From positions 32,001 through 96,000 of the IMG/VR virus record IMGVR_UViG_3300032896_000001: a stretch of 64,000 bases of DNA; one strand, given 5' to 3'. The position numbers and the translations under genes are program-made. Positions within the stretch are counted from its first letter, which is position 1, and every line of letters begins with the position of its first letter. The notes under the pieces were generated by a model. It searched no databases and was not told where the DNA came from. It saw only the letters and a program-made list of their open reading frames with translations. Of the stretch, positions 38,465 through 47,624 are shown one piece after another. This DNA comes from a virus.

Positions 38465-41010
38465 TGGCGTCGGTCGTCCAGTCGGCGATCATCAACCAGT
38501 CCGGCAGCAGCTGGTCGGGGTCGTTCGGCTCTAACGTCACCGCCGGCTCCTCGGTCGTGCTGCTCGCGACCGCCGCGAACAGCACGACCGCCATGTCGAG
38601 CTCCGCGCCGACGTTCAACGGGGCGTCGGTCGCCGGGTCATCCCAGCTGTGGTCGGAGAACTTCGGCGCGAGCAGCATCGCCTACTCCACCGGCTGGCTG
38701 ATGCCCAACGTCGCCGGCGGGTCGGCCGCCGTCGGGCTGACCGTGACCAACGGCACCAACTTCGGCAGCGGCGCGACCGGCACGTGGGGCATCGAGGTGG
38801 CCGCGCTCGGCGCGAGCCCGACCACGGTGGCCGCCGCGGCGGCGGGCGGCTCCAGCGCGGCGTTCAGCTCGGGGGCCACCGGCAGCGCCACGGGCACGGG
38901 CATCGCCGTCGCCTGCTGCGTGGGATTCGGGCAGACCGTCGCGCAGTCGGGCGGCGGCTGGACGAACCTCACCCAGATGTCCAGTGATTTCGGCATCTGC
39001 GGGTACCAGCTCGTCAGCAGCGGCACCGTCACCTACGCCGGCACGCTGAGCACGGGCAACTGGGCTGTCGGGGCGACGATCATCCTGGCGACGCCGGCCG
39101 CCGCCTCCCAGGCCGTCGCGTACCCGGTGGCGCTCCCGCCGGGCCGCAGCTCGCCGATGGCCTTCCCGTGGACGCCGGCGCCCTTGCCGGTGCAGCCGCC
39201 GTACGGGGTCGGCGCCACCGCCACCACCGCGGTCCTCGCCGGCTCGGCGTCCTTCCCCTCGCCGTCGGTCGAGGCCGACGAGAACCTGACCACCACCGTC
39301 CTCGCCTGCTCCGCCTCGTTCCCGGCGCCGATGGTGAGCGCGGGCGAGACCGCCACGCCGTCCGTCCTGGCCGGGTCCGCGAGCTTCCCGGCCGCCACGG
39401 TGACTGCGGGCGCCACGATCACGCCCGCGACGCTGTCGGCGTCGGTCGCGTTCCCCGCCGCCGCGGTGACGACCGGCGAGACCGTCACGACCGTCGTGCT
39501 GGCGGCCTCCGCCGGCTTCCCGGCGCCGTCGCTGCGCGCCGACGAGATCCTCACGACGTCCGTGCTCGCCGGCGCGATCGCGCTGCCGCCCCCGGCGGTC
39601 AGCGCCGGCGAGACCGTCACCACGACACTGCTGCCGGGGTCCGCCTCCTTCGCCGCGCCGGCGATCAGCGCCGGCGAGACCGTCACCGCGGCGGTTCTGG
39701 CCGGATCGGCGTCCTTCCCCGCCCCGGGGGTCGGCGCGGGCTCCGGGGCCTCGCCGTCCGCGCTTCCCTGCGCCGTGTCGTTCCCCGCCCCGACGGTCAC
39801 CGCGGGCGGCGGAGCCGCCGTCACGCCCGCGGCCCTGGACGGCGCCGCCTCGTTCGCCTCGCCGGGCATCCGCGCCGACGCGAACCTGACCGCCGCGACC
39901 CTGACGTGCGGCGTCGCCTTTCCCGCCGCCGGGCTCCGCGCGGACGTGAACCTGACCAGCGTCCTGCTGGCAGGGTCCGCCGCCTTCCCGGCCGTCACGA
40001 TCGGCGCCGGCGAGACAGTCACCCCTTCCCCCATGGACGGCTCGGCAGCGTTCCCGGGGCCTGCGGTCGGCGCGGGCAGCGTCGCCGCCCCCGCCGCCCT
40101 GGCGGCCAGCGCCGCCTTCCCCGCGGCCACGGTGGCAGCAGGGTCGGGCGCCACGGCATCAGCGCTGGCCTGTTCGGCCTCGTTCCCGGCGGCCGCCGTG
40201 TCCGCAGGCTCGGGCGCCGCACCCGCCGCGCTCGCAGGGGCAGCCGCGTTCCCCGCGGGGAGCTTCCGCGCGGACGCGAACCTCACGGCCGCCCTGCTGC
40301 AATGCGCGGCCGCGTTCCCCGTCCCGTCGATCTCCGCCGGGGGCAGCGCCACCGTCGCCCCGGCCGTCCTGGCCGCCGGCTCCGCGTTCCCCGCCCCGGC
40401 GCTCTCCTCGGGCGAGACCGCCGCCGCCGGCCCGCTGACCGCAAGCGCATCATTCCCCGCGCCCGCGCCGGCCGCCGGGTCCGGCGTCGCCCCGGGCGCG
40501 CTGAGCGGCACCGCCGGATTCCCCGCCCCGCAAATCAGCGCAGGCGAGACCGTCACCCCGGCCGCACTCGCCGGCGCCGTGTCGTTCCCCGCCCCGACTG
40601 TCTCAACCGGGTCGGGGGAGACCATCATCCCGGCGCCCCTGGCCGGCTCCGTCTCGTTCCCCGCCGCCGTCACGGGCGCGGGCGCGACGGTCACCGCCGG
40701 CGTCCTGCCCGGCGCCGCGGCGTTCCCTGCGGCCGGGCCGACCGCCGGGACGGTCATCACCCCGGTGGCGCTCAGCGGGACCGCGGGCTTCCCGGCGACC
40801 GCCGTCACCACCGGGTCCGCCGTCATCCCCGCCGCGATGACCGGCTCGGCCGCGTTCCCCCCGCCGGATGTCACCGGCGGGGCGGGCGTCGGGATCGTCT
40901 TCACGGCACTCGCGTCCCGGCAGCTCTGGTCCGCCGGCCCCGCCCGGCAGCTCTGGTCATCGTCGGCCGCCCGGCAGCTGTGGTCCGCCTCCGCATCCCG
41001 GAACACCTGA
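38464..41010 (+). CDS. Long fibre/appendage protein with about 23-aa repeats
   Basis: About 24 copies of L-A-G-S-A-S-F-P-A-P-x-V-x-A-G-x-x-V-T-P. Confidence 0.75.
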   Translation: MASVVQSAIINQSGSSWSGSFGSNVTAGSSVVLLATAANSTTAMSSSAPTFNGASVAGSSQLWSENFGASSIAYSTGWLMPNVAGGSAAVGLTVTNGTNFGSGATGTWGIEVAALGASPTTVAAAAAGGSSAAFSSGATGSATGTGIAVACCVGFGQTVAQSGGGWTNLTQMSSDFGICGYQLVSSGTVTYAGTLSTGNWAVGATIILATPAAASQAVAYPVALPPGRSSPMAFPWTPAPLPVQPPYGVGATATTAVLAGSASFPSPSVEADENLTTTVLACSASFPAPMVSAGETATPSVLAGSASFPAATVTAGATITPATLSASVAFPAAAVTTGETVTTVVLAASAGFPAPSLRADEILTTSVLAGAIALPPPAVSAGETVTTTLLPGSASFAAPAISAGETVTAAVLAGSASFPAPGVGAGSGASPSALPCAVSFPAPTVTAGGGAAVTPAALDGAASFASPGIRADANLTAATLTCGVAFPAAGLRADVNLTSVLLAGSAAFPAVTIGAGETVTPSPMDGSAAFPGPAVGAGSVAAPAALAASAAFPAATVAAGSGATASALACSASFPAAAVSAGSGAAPAALAGAAAFPAGSFRADANLTAALLQCAAAFPVPSISAGGSATVAPAVLAAGSAFPAPALSSGETAAAGPLTASASFPAPAPAAGSGVAPGALSGTAGFPAPQISAGETVTPAALAGAVSFPAPTVSTGSGETIIPAPLAGSVSFPAAVTGAGATVTAGVLPGAAAFPAAGPTAGTVITPVALSGTAGFPATAVTTGSAVIPAAMTGSAAFPPPDVTGGAGVGIVFTALASRQLWSAGPARQLWSSSAARQLWSASASRNT

Positions 41011-41019
41011 GGAGGCGGC

Positions 41020-41358
41020 GTGCAGACGCTAACCCAGTCGGTGCTGAGCACCCAGTACGTGCAGACGCTGATCGCCGTCACCAGCGTCAGCGGCGACTAC
41101 GACCCGACCACCGACACGATCGCGTGGGCGTTCACCAGCGCGAACGCCTACCCGGCCGTCTCCCCGTCCGCCTGGACCGACGGCGAGTGGATCACCTACC
41201 CCGGAGACCAGTGGTGGGCTCAGATCCTCGTCGGGCCGGCCGGGGCCGTCACCCTCGCCACCGGGACATGGCAGGCATGGGTAAAGATCAGCGATTCACC
41301 CGAGGTCCCGGTATTGCAGCCGTTCCTGCTCCAGATCGTGTTATGGCGGAATTCGTGA
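41020..41358 (+). CDS. Small structural protein
   Basis: GGAGG RBS; ILVGP..WVKISDSPEVPV. Confidence 0.75.
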   Translation: MQTLTQSVLSTQYVQTLIAVTSVSGDYDPTTDTIAWAFTSANAYPAVSPSAWTDGEWITYPGDQWWAQILVGPAGAVTLATGTWQAWVKISDSPEVPVLQPFLLQIVLWRNS

Positions 41359-41451
41359 CCCGTTGACCGCTAGAATGTACGAATAAGGCCCCCGCGCCTG
41401 CGCTAACAGGCGCGAGGGGTAAAGCAAGCCAACCTGATCGGACAGGCTGAC

Positions 41452-42198
41452 ATGAGCAAGCGTAAGCCGCTCGAAGAACGGTTCTGGCCTAAGGTCGACA
41501 AGAATGGCCCCGTCCCCGAATACCGGCCCGACCTCGGCCCGTGCTGGGTGTGGACGGCATGCCTCGCTTACGGCTACGGCAAACTCACCGACGGCGGCAA
41601 GCACGGCGTGTCGCTGTCGGCCCACCGAGTCTCCTATGAGCTGCTTGTGGGCACGATTCCCGACGGCCTGGAGTTGGACCACCTGTGCCGCGTCCGGGCC
41701 TGCGTCAACCCCTTCCACCTTGAGCCGGTCACGCGGGCCGAGAATATGCGCCGGGCGATGGAGGCCAAGACCCACTGCGACAAGGGCCACCTGTTCGATG
41801 ACGCGAATACGCGCTGGTATAGAGGCGGCCGACGATGCCGCACTTGCGACAGAGCCGCCGCCCGGGTTAAGCGGCAGCGGCCGGCCGTTCCCGGTACCAG
41901 ATCCACGTCGGTCACCGTGAAGCTGAGCGAAGCGGATGCGACGCTGATCGACACTGCCCGCGAGCGCCTGGGACGCCCAGCATGGATGCGCGCCGCAATG
42001 CTCGCGGCGGCCGAGGATGGCGCGAGCGCTCCCGGGAAGCGGGATCGGCAGGTTGAGGCGTTGCGAACCGTCCAGGTTCACATCCCGGCCGCCCCGGAAG
42101 AAATCGAGAAGATCGACGCCGCGCGGGGTGACGTGCTGCGCGGTGTCTGGATTCGCCGGGTCGCGGTCGCCGCAGCCCTCGCTCGTCACGCAGCATAG
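41452..42198 (+). CDS. HNH endonuclease with two C-terminal RHH-like repeats
   Basis: RFWPKVDK..LDHLCRVRACVNPFHL..THCDKGH. Confidence 0.85.
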   Translation: MSKRKPLEERFWPKVDKNGPVPEYRPDLGPCWVWTACLAYGYGKLTDGGKHGVSLSAHRVSYELLVGTIPDGLELDHLCRVRACVNPFHLEPVTRAENMRRAMEAKTHCDKGHLFDDANTRWYRGGRRCRTCDRAAARVKRQRPAVPGTRSTSVTVKLSEADATLIDTARERLGRPAWMRAAMLAAAEDGASAPGKRDRQVEALRTVQVHIPAAPEEIEKIDAARGDVLRGVWIRRVAVAAALARHAA

Positions 42199-42271
42199 CC
42201 TCGCAAACTCTCAGATCCAAAGCCCCCGGCACTTACCTGCCGGGGGCTTTCCCATTGCCCAGGAGGCCTCC

Positions 42272-43165
42272 TTGACCACTCCCGCCCGCGTCCCCGGCAA
42301 GCGGGGCAGGCTCCCCGCCAAGCGCCTGGCTATGGGCTACCTGCACTCGTACCTCAAGGCCCCGCTTCCCGCCCCGGCCTACCCGGTCGACGTCCGCGCG
42401 GGCATCCCGGACGGAAATTGGCAGATGCTCGGCAACGGACCCGACCCGACGTGCACGGTCGCGCCCGAGGGCGTCGGCGACTGCACGTTCGCCGGCCGCC
42501 AGCACTACCGCATGGCGAAGGCCGCCCACTACGGCGAGACGGAGACCTGGGAGACCAGCAACGCGCTCGTCGAGGAATACCTCGCCTACGACGACGGCCA
42601 GGACGGGGGCGCAGTAATCGCGGACCTTCTCCTGTCCTGGTACAAGGCGGGCACGATCCTTGCGTTCGCCCCGGTCGACCACACCGACCCGGCGGCGGTC
42701 GACTCGGCGATGCAGGAGTTCAAGGGCGTCTACGCCGGCGTCAACCTCACCGACGACGCCGACCAGCTGTTCAGCGACGGCCAGCCGTGGACGACCGCGA
42801 ACGGCGAGCAGCCCGACCCGAACGACGGGCACTGCATCGTCAAGGTCTACGCCGACGGCAAGGACTCCGACGGGTGGGTTACGTGGGGCGCCTACCAGCA
42901 GTCCACCAGCGGGTGGACGAAGGCGTGCCTCACCGAGGCGTGGGCGATCATCACCAGCGAGGATGAGGCGGCCAAGGTCGACATGACCTCCCTCCTCGCC
43001 GACATCGAGGCACTCGGCGGAACCGAGCCCGTGACGCCGACTCCGGCCCCCTCGCCCGCGCCTGTTCCCGGGCCTGACCACAAGAGCCTCCTTGCCGAGC
43101 TCGCAGCCATCGTCCGGGAGGACGCCGCCAAAGCGGTCGCCTGGCTCCACTCCAAGGGCCTCTAA
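42272..43165 (+). CDS. Papain-like cysteine peptidase (possible second lysin)
   Basis: MLGN..GDCTFA..GHCI..VTWG; AGGAGG RBS. Confidence 0.7.
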   Translation: MTTPARVPGKRGRLPAKRLAMGYLHSYLKAPLPAPAYPVDVRAGIPDGNWQMLGNGPDPTCTVAPEGVGDCTFAGRQHYRMAKAAHYGETETWETSNALVEEYLAYDDGQDGGAVIADLLLSWYKAGTILAFAPVDHTDPAAVDSAMQEFKGVYAGVNLTDDADQLFSDGQPWTTANGEQPDPNDGHCIVKVYADGKDSDGWVTWGAYQQSTSGWTKACLTEAWAIITSEDEAAKVDMTSLLADIEALGGTEPVTPTPAPSPAPVPGPDHKSLLAELAAIVREDAAKAVAWLHSKGL

Positions 43166-43240
43166 GCCCCCCAAGCTCTCACCGGCTCAAGCCCCGGCCG
43201 TCCGGTCGCGGGCTCTTTTCATCCACGGAAAGGCAAGCAA

Positions 43241-43498
43241 ATGACAACTCCCGCTCCCGTCCCCGCCCCGCCCGTCTCCGAGCCGCACGGTTTCGTGGAT
43301 TGGCTCCGCGACCACCTGGTCCCCGACTTCAAGGAGATCGAGGCCGACGCCGAGAAGGCCCGCACGGTCATCCCGCTCGTCGAGGCTTACCTCCCGAAGA
43401 TCACCGCCGCGGCCGAGGCCGACCCCGCGATCGCCGCCGCGATCGCGCCTCTCGTGAAGGAAGCGACGGAGATCCTGGCGGTGCTCGCCGGGCTGTAA
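43241..43498 (+). CDS. Small protein
   Basis: RBS, codon bias. Confidence 0.7.
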   Translation: MTTPAPVPAPPVSEPHGFVDWLRDHLVPDFKEIEADAEKARTVIPLVEAYLPKITAAAEADPAIAAAIAPLVKEATEILAVLAGL

Positions 43499-43545
43499 GC
43501 TCTCACGAGAACGGCCGCCGGGTTCACGAAACCAGGACGCCGAAG

Positions 43546-43641
43546 CGAAGCGCCTCGCCGCCCCTAGTGGGTGGCGAGGCGCTTTTCGCGTGCCCGGAAA
43601 CAACAGCGCCCCGCCTTCCCGTGAAGGGACGGCGGGGCGCT
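43546..43641. terminator. Two hairpins at the convergence of late and early arms
   Basis: AAGCGCCTCGCC/GGCGAGGCGCTT; AGCGCCCCGCC/GGCGGGGCGCT. Confidence 0.75.
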
Positions 43642-43651
43642 CGACGTGTTC

Positions 43652-43729
43652 GCCCTGACGGCTGGAGTCTAACCAGCGATCACCCGGAAGCAAGAGCCAG
43701 GCCGCACTATCGCGCGCGCACGCCGGGGC
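43652..43729 (-). ncRNA. Degenerate tRNA-like cloverleaf
   Basis: Four stems in tRNA order; T arm GCTGG-TTAGACT-CCAGC. Confidence 0.55.
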
Positions 43730-43752
43730 TTGGCGCCAACTATAGCGGGCGC

Positions 43753-45175
43753 TCACGTGGTGCCGAGGTAATTCCCGGCAGCGTCCTTGACGGGCAGCGC
43801 CCCGGCGACGATCCCGCCCGGGACCTCCATGCCCGCCAGGTCCGGTCGCAGGCCCTTCCCGGAGAACGCCCCCGCCCGCCGCAGCAAGGCCGCCCATGAC
43901 GGGTCGGAGATCTCCACCCCATGGACAAGCTCGGGCGTCGGCGTGAACTCCGCGACGGCCCCCGTGGCGCGGGGCGCGGTCCATCCCCGCGTGCCGGGGT
44001 CGACGCCCATTTCCGCGCAGGCGGCCTCGACGTCGGCGCGCGTGCAGCGCGCAGTGCCGTCGATGACGTCCCACGGCATCGGCAGGAACGCCCACACCTT
44101 CGTGTCGGGGTCCACGTCGCCGCCGCTCGATCGATGCCACCAGACGAGGTCGGCCGCCATCAGGCGCATAACCTTACCGGGCAGGAACGGCTCGAGCAGA
44201 GCCTCCGCGCCCGACGCGACCGCGCAGTTCAGCCAGCCGGCGCGGGCCGCGTTGTACGCCTGCGCCATCGTGTTCCACGTCGAGGAGTCCATGCCCCGGC
44301 GGACGATCATCGACAGGCGGTTCACGCCCTCCGGCCAAGCCCCCCGGAGCTCGGCCGAGGTCTCCCGCATGACCGACCACCAGCGGCCCGTCAGCGCGCC
44401 CCGCTGCTCATCCGATAGTCGCTCGAGAACTTCGGGCCTCGGGTGCGCCATGGCCAGGATCTCGAAGTCCGCGTCCCGTGATGCGAGGACGTGGCGGAGC
44501 ATGATGTCCGCCGCCTGGTCGATCGGGTTCTCCTTCGACGCGAGCGTGAACAGGCGGCGCCTGTTCCGCCGCGAGGCGAGGTAGGCGATGAAGCACGCCG
44601 ACGCCGGGTCGGCCGCGAACCGCCCGGGCGGGATGTCGCAGGTGAATCCGGAGCGGCCGATGAGGATCAGCCGCCGGAGATGCTGGGCGCGCTCCATCCG
44701 CGCGCACTTGCCCTCGAGGTTCCGCAGGACCCGGATGCGGCGGTTGTAGCCGCGCCGCGACTTGAGCGCGGGAAGCTCAACCCGGTGCTCGGCGAGAGCC
44801 CCGTAAAGGGAGGCGCGGCCCGCCCGGTCGAGGCGGTCGGCCTTCCAGTCGTCGCCCCACTGCCATCCGCCGACGACGTGCCCCATCCCGGCGATGAAGC
44901 CGCGCACCTGCCCCGGGTCGGCGGGATCGATGCCCTCGCCGCCGAAGCCGAACACCCGGGCCGCCGAGGCGAGCTGAGCCGAGCAGTCGCCCGGCCGCTC
45001 GAAGTCGTCCGGCATCGACGAGTACCGCCACGCCGGCCGGGCGGCGGCGACCCGCTGAAGCTCGTGCTTCAGCCCTGACGGCCACGCCCTGTTCCCCGCG
45101 AGGATGATCCGCGCCACGTCCTCCGGCATCGCCCCGCTTGTCGAGGGTGCCGTGCAACTCTTCCAGCCAGCCCAT
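43753..45175 (-). CDS. Large hypothetical protein (about 473 aa), apparent frameshift near 45132
   Basis: 458-aa ORF; MGWLEELHGTLDKR joins MPEDVA if one G is removed. Confidence 0.75.
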
Positions 45176-45333
45176 GCCTTCGATTCTCCCTGCCGTCGCT
45201 AACGGTTTTCCGGGTGCGGGACGCTGTGCGCGCCCCTATGCTCTCCACTGCCGCTGTAATTGACGATGCGCTCCCCGCCCCCTCGCCAGCCGATGGTTCC
45301 GGCGGGCGAGGGGGCGGCTCTGCGTTTCCGGGG

Positions 45334-45840
45334 TCAGACCTCCATCGCCCTCGGCGCGCCGAGTGAGGTGTCGGAGAGCATCGCGGCGAGTTGGTCGCCC
45401 ATGGCCGTCTCGGCGGGCCGGATCTCCCCGCGGCTCACCCGGTCGATCGCCTCCTGCCAGCGGGCGCTCGTGTCGACCGGGTCGACGGCGATCCGGTCGA
45501 GGGCCTCGCGGTGTGCCTCGGGGACCCGGAACCGGAAGGTCAGGTACGTGGCGTCGAGCGTGTCGTCGGCGTCTCGCAGGTACAGGGGATGAGCGGCGAG
45601 CGCCTCGTTGCAGGCGGCGTAGCAGGACTCCGGGGCGTGGGCGGTGCCGTCCTCCGCGCAGCAGCACTCCCGGTACGGGCCCCCGGTGCGGGTGTAGACC
45701 GCGATCACGAGGCCGTAGGCCGTCCGCTCCACCCAAATATCGCGGAAACGCTGAACCACCGGGCTCCCGAGGACGGGCAGCAGCAGCGCCGCCCGCTCGT
45801 CCTGGCGGCCGTCCGCGACCGCTATCTCATACAGGGACAT
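45334..45840 (-). CDS. Hypothetical phage protein
   Basis: RFRD..YTRTGG..HPLYLRDADD..DATY. Confidence 0.75.
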   Translation of the reverse strand: MSLYEIAVADGRQDERAALLLPVLGSPVVQRFRDIWVERTAYGLVIAVYTRTGGPYRECCCAEDGTAHAPESCYAACNEALAAHPLYLRDADDTLDATYLTFRFRVPEAHREALDRIAVDPVDTSARWQEAIDRVSRGEIRPAETAMGDQLAAMLSDTSLGAPRAMEV

Positions 45841-45900
45841 CTGCTCGTCCGTTCCTTCGTCGTCGTCTTCGGCCGGAACGCCGGCCGGGTCGGGGCTGTT

Positions 45901-46101
45901 CTAGTAGTCGCGGCCAATGCAAACGCTCTCAGCGTTGCAGCCGTCAATCCACCGGCAGCCGGCGGGGAAAAAGCAATCGCCGGAGGCCTCGCTTTCCTCT
46001 TCGTCATCGTCGGTCTCGGGGTCGGATTCCGGCTCGGGAGGCGGTGCCGGACGTGGTCTCGGTCCCGGGAGCCCGGGGGGAATCATCGGCGGGCGCGGCA
46101 T
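45901..46101 (-). CDS. Small Pro/acidic/Cys protein
   Basis: Starts 2 nt after the upstream stop. Confidence 0.4.
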   Translation of the reverse strand: MPRPPMIPPGLPGPRPRPAPPPEPESDPETDDDEEESEASGDCFFPAGCRWIDGCNAESVCIGRDY

Positions 46102-46103
46102 GG

Positions 46104-46991
46104 CTACTTCGGCTCGGGGAAGTTCTTCGGGGTGAGGCCGCCGGCCGGGAGCTTGTACAGGCTGACCGCCGTGTTCCCCGCCCGGTAGTGGTTCCACGCG
46201 AGGACGAGGAGGAACAGCTGCTCGTGCTCGGTGAGCCGCTCGTCGTTCTCCTTGGCCCGCCAGATCTTCGCGCGGAGGGTGTGGACCGGGTGCCCGGCGG
46301 ACAGGTCCGCCCCGTCGAGGAGGCGGGCGAGGAACCATTCGGCCTGCTCCGGGCTCTTCCGGTTGAACAGCAGCCACGCCATGCCGAACACGACCGGCCG
46401 CACGGACCGCATCTTGGGGCGGGCCGACATGGCGAACGACACTGCGTCGCGCAGTTCCGGGTGGGCGTCGAGGTAGCCGCCCATCTCGGCGTGCGTCGGC
46501 TCGCCGTCGCTGCCCCGCTGCCGCACCCGCCCGCCCCGGTCCCAGACGCACGCCGACCGGGCCAGCGCGGCGAGAAGGTTCGCGTTCTGCTCCCCGGCGA
46601 GGGCGAGCACGTCGCCCATTCTCCGCTTCGCCCCGGTGTCGATCGTCTTCTGCGTGTCACGGGGCAGCCCGGTGACGACGAACGTCTCGAACGGGACCTC
46701 CGCCATGATGCACGCGGTGAGCCGGTGCTGGCCGTCGAGGAGCGTCCCGTCGTCGGCGATCTTCACCGTCTCCCCGTTGACGTCCCACTTCCCCTCCCTC
46801 ATGTCGCGGGCGAGCTGCGCGGCGAGGGGGTAGCGGAGTGGCCGGTTGCCGTCGTTGCGGGACAGCCACTCCTTCGCCATGCCCGGCGTCACCGTCATCA
46901 GAGATTGCGCGACCTGCCTGCGGGGGATGCCGCCAACTCGCCCTTCCGGGTCGGGGGCGATGAAGATGGGCGCTGCCGCTGTCGCTGTCAT
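46104..46991 (-). CDS. ParB/Srx-like (DGQHR) domain protein
   Basis: NRPL..DM..G.W..LLDGQHRL..IDTG. Confidence 0.75.
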   Translation of the reverse strand: MTATAAAPIFIAPDPEGRVGGIPRRQVAQSLMTVTPGMAKEWLSRNDGNRPLRYPLAAQLARDMREGKWDVNGETVKIADDGTLLDGQHRLTACIMAEVPFETFVVTGLPRDTQKTIDTGAKRRMGDVLALAGEQNANLLAALARSACVWDRGGRVRQRGSDGEPTHAEMGGYLDAHPELRDAVSFAMSARPKMRSVRPVVFGMAWLLFNRKSPEQAEWFLARLLDGADLSAGHPVHTLRAKIWRAKENDERLTEHEQLFLLVLAWNHYRAGNTAVSLYKLPAGGLTPKNFPEPK

Positions 46992-47092
46992 ACTGGTCTC
47001 CTGTTGCTCGATCGGTTCAAATCGGGACCGCGCCCGGTTTCGTTGGCTCTAGGCCGGGCGCGGTAACGCCTGCCTGACGGTTGCCGTCAGCT

Positions 47093-47416
47093 TCACTCGC
47101 TGCGGGTCAGCGGAATCCCGGCCAGCAGCGAGCGGACCTCGGTCTCCCGGTAACGCCGGTGCCCTCCGAGGGTGCGGATCGACGTCAGCTTCCCGGCCCT
47201 CGCCCACCTGGTGACCGTATTCGGGTCGACACGGAACATCGTGGCCACCTCGGCCGGGGTCAGCAGCGCCTCGGCCTCCGGGACGCGGCGGCCCGCGTGC
47301 GAGGGCGCCGGGGGCTCGTCGAGCAGGTGCGGGGCCTGCCTCCGGATCGTGTCCAGCAGCCTCTCCGGTGTCGTCCTGCCGACGAGCTCAATCGTCGTCT
47401 TGTTCTGCGCGCTCAA
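47093..47416 (-). CDS. bldC: BldC-family MerR-like developmental regulator with N-terminal extension
   Basis: LLTPAEVATMFRVDPNTVTRWARAGKLTSIRTLGGHRRYRETEVRSLLAGIP. Confidence 0.9.
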   Translation of the reverse strand: MSAQNKTTIELVGRTTPERLLDTIRRQAPHLLDEPPAPSHAGRRVPEAEALLTPAEVATMFRVDPNTVTRWARAGKLTSIRTLGGHRRYRETEVRSLLAGIPLTRSE

Positions 47417-47481
47417 TTGCGTGCCCTTCCCTTCCTTAAGACTTCCCGTCCGGAGCCGCCGGGCGGACCGGTGAACTTCTG

Positions 47482-47592
47482 TCACCCGAGATGGCGGATC
47501 GCCAGCCGGCAGAGCATGAACAGGCCCGCGGCGGCCCACACGACGGCGATCGGGCCGCCGACGATGAGGACCGGCACGAGCGCGATGGGCAT
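47482..47592 (-). CDS. Small membrane peptide
   Basis: Single hydrophobic segment. Confidence 0.4.
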   Translation of the reverse strand: MPIALVPVLIVGGPIAVVWAAAGLFMLCRLAIRHLG

Positions 47593-47624
47593 GCGCTCGA
47601 GCCGCGGCGCGCGGTGCCGCCCGC

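Noticed and set aside
39200-40900. Regular repeats resembling a CRISPR array
   Set aside because: Degenerate, in-frame protein repeats; no constant repeat with unique spacers and no cas genes
6343-41366. Long antisense or alternate-frame ORFs (e.g. 6343-8529, 19554-23042, 39033-41081, 39168-41366)
   Set aside because: Shadow ORFs expected from high GC3; Arg/Gly/Pro-rich with no motifs
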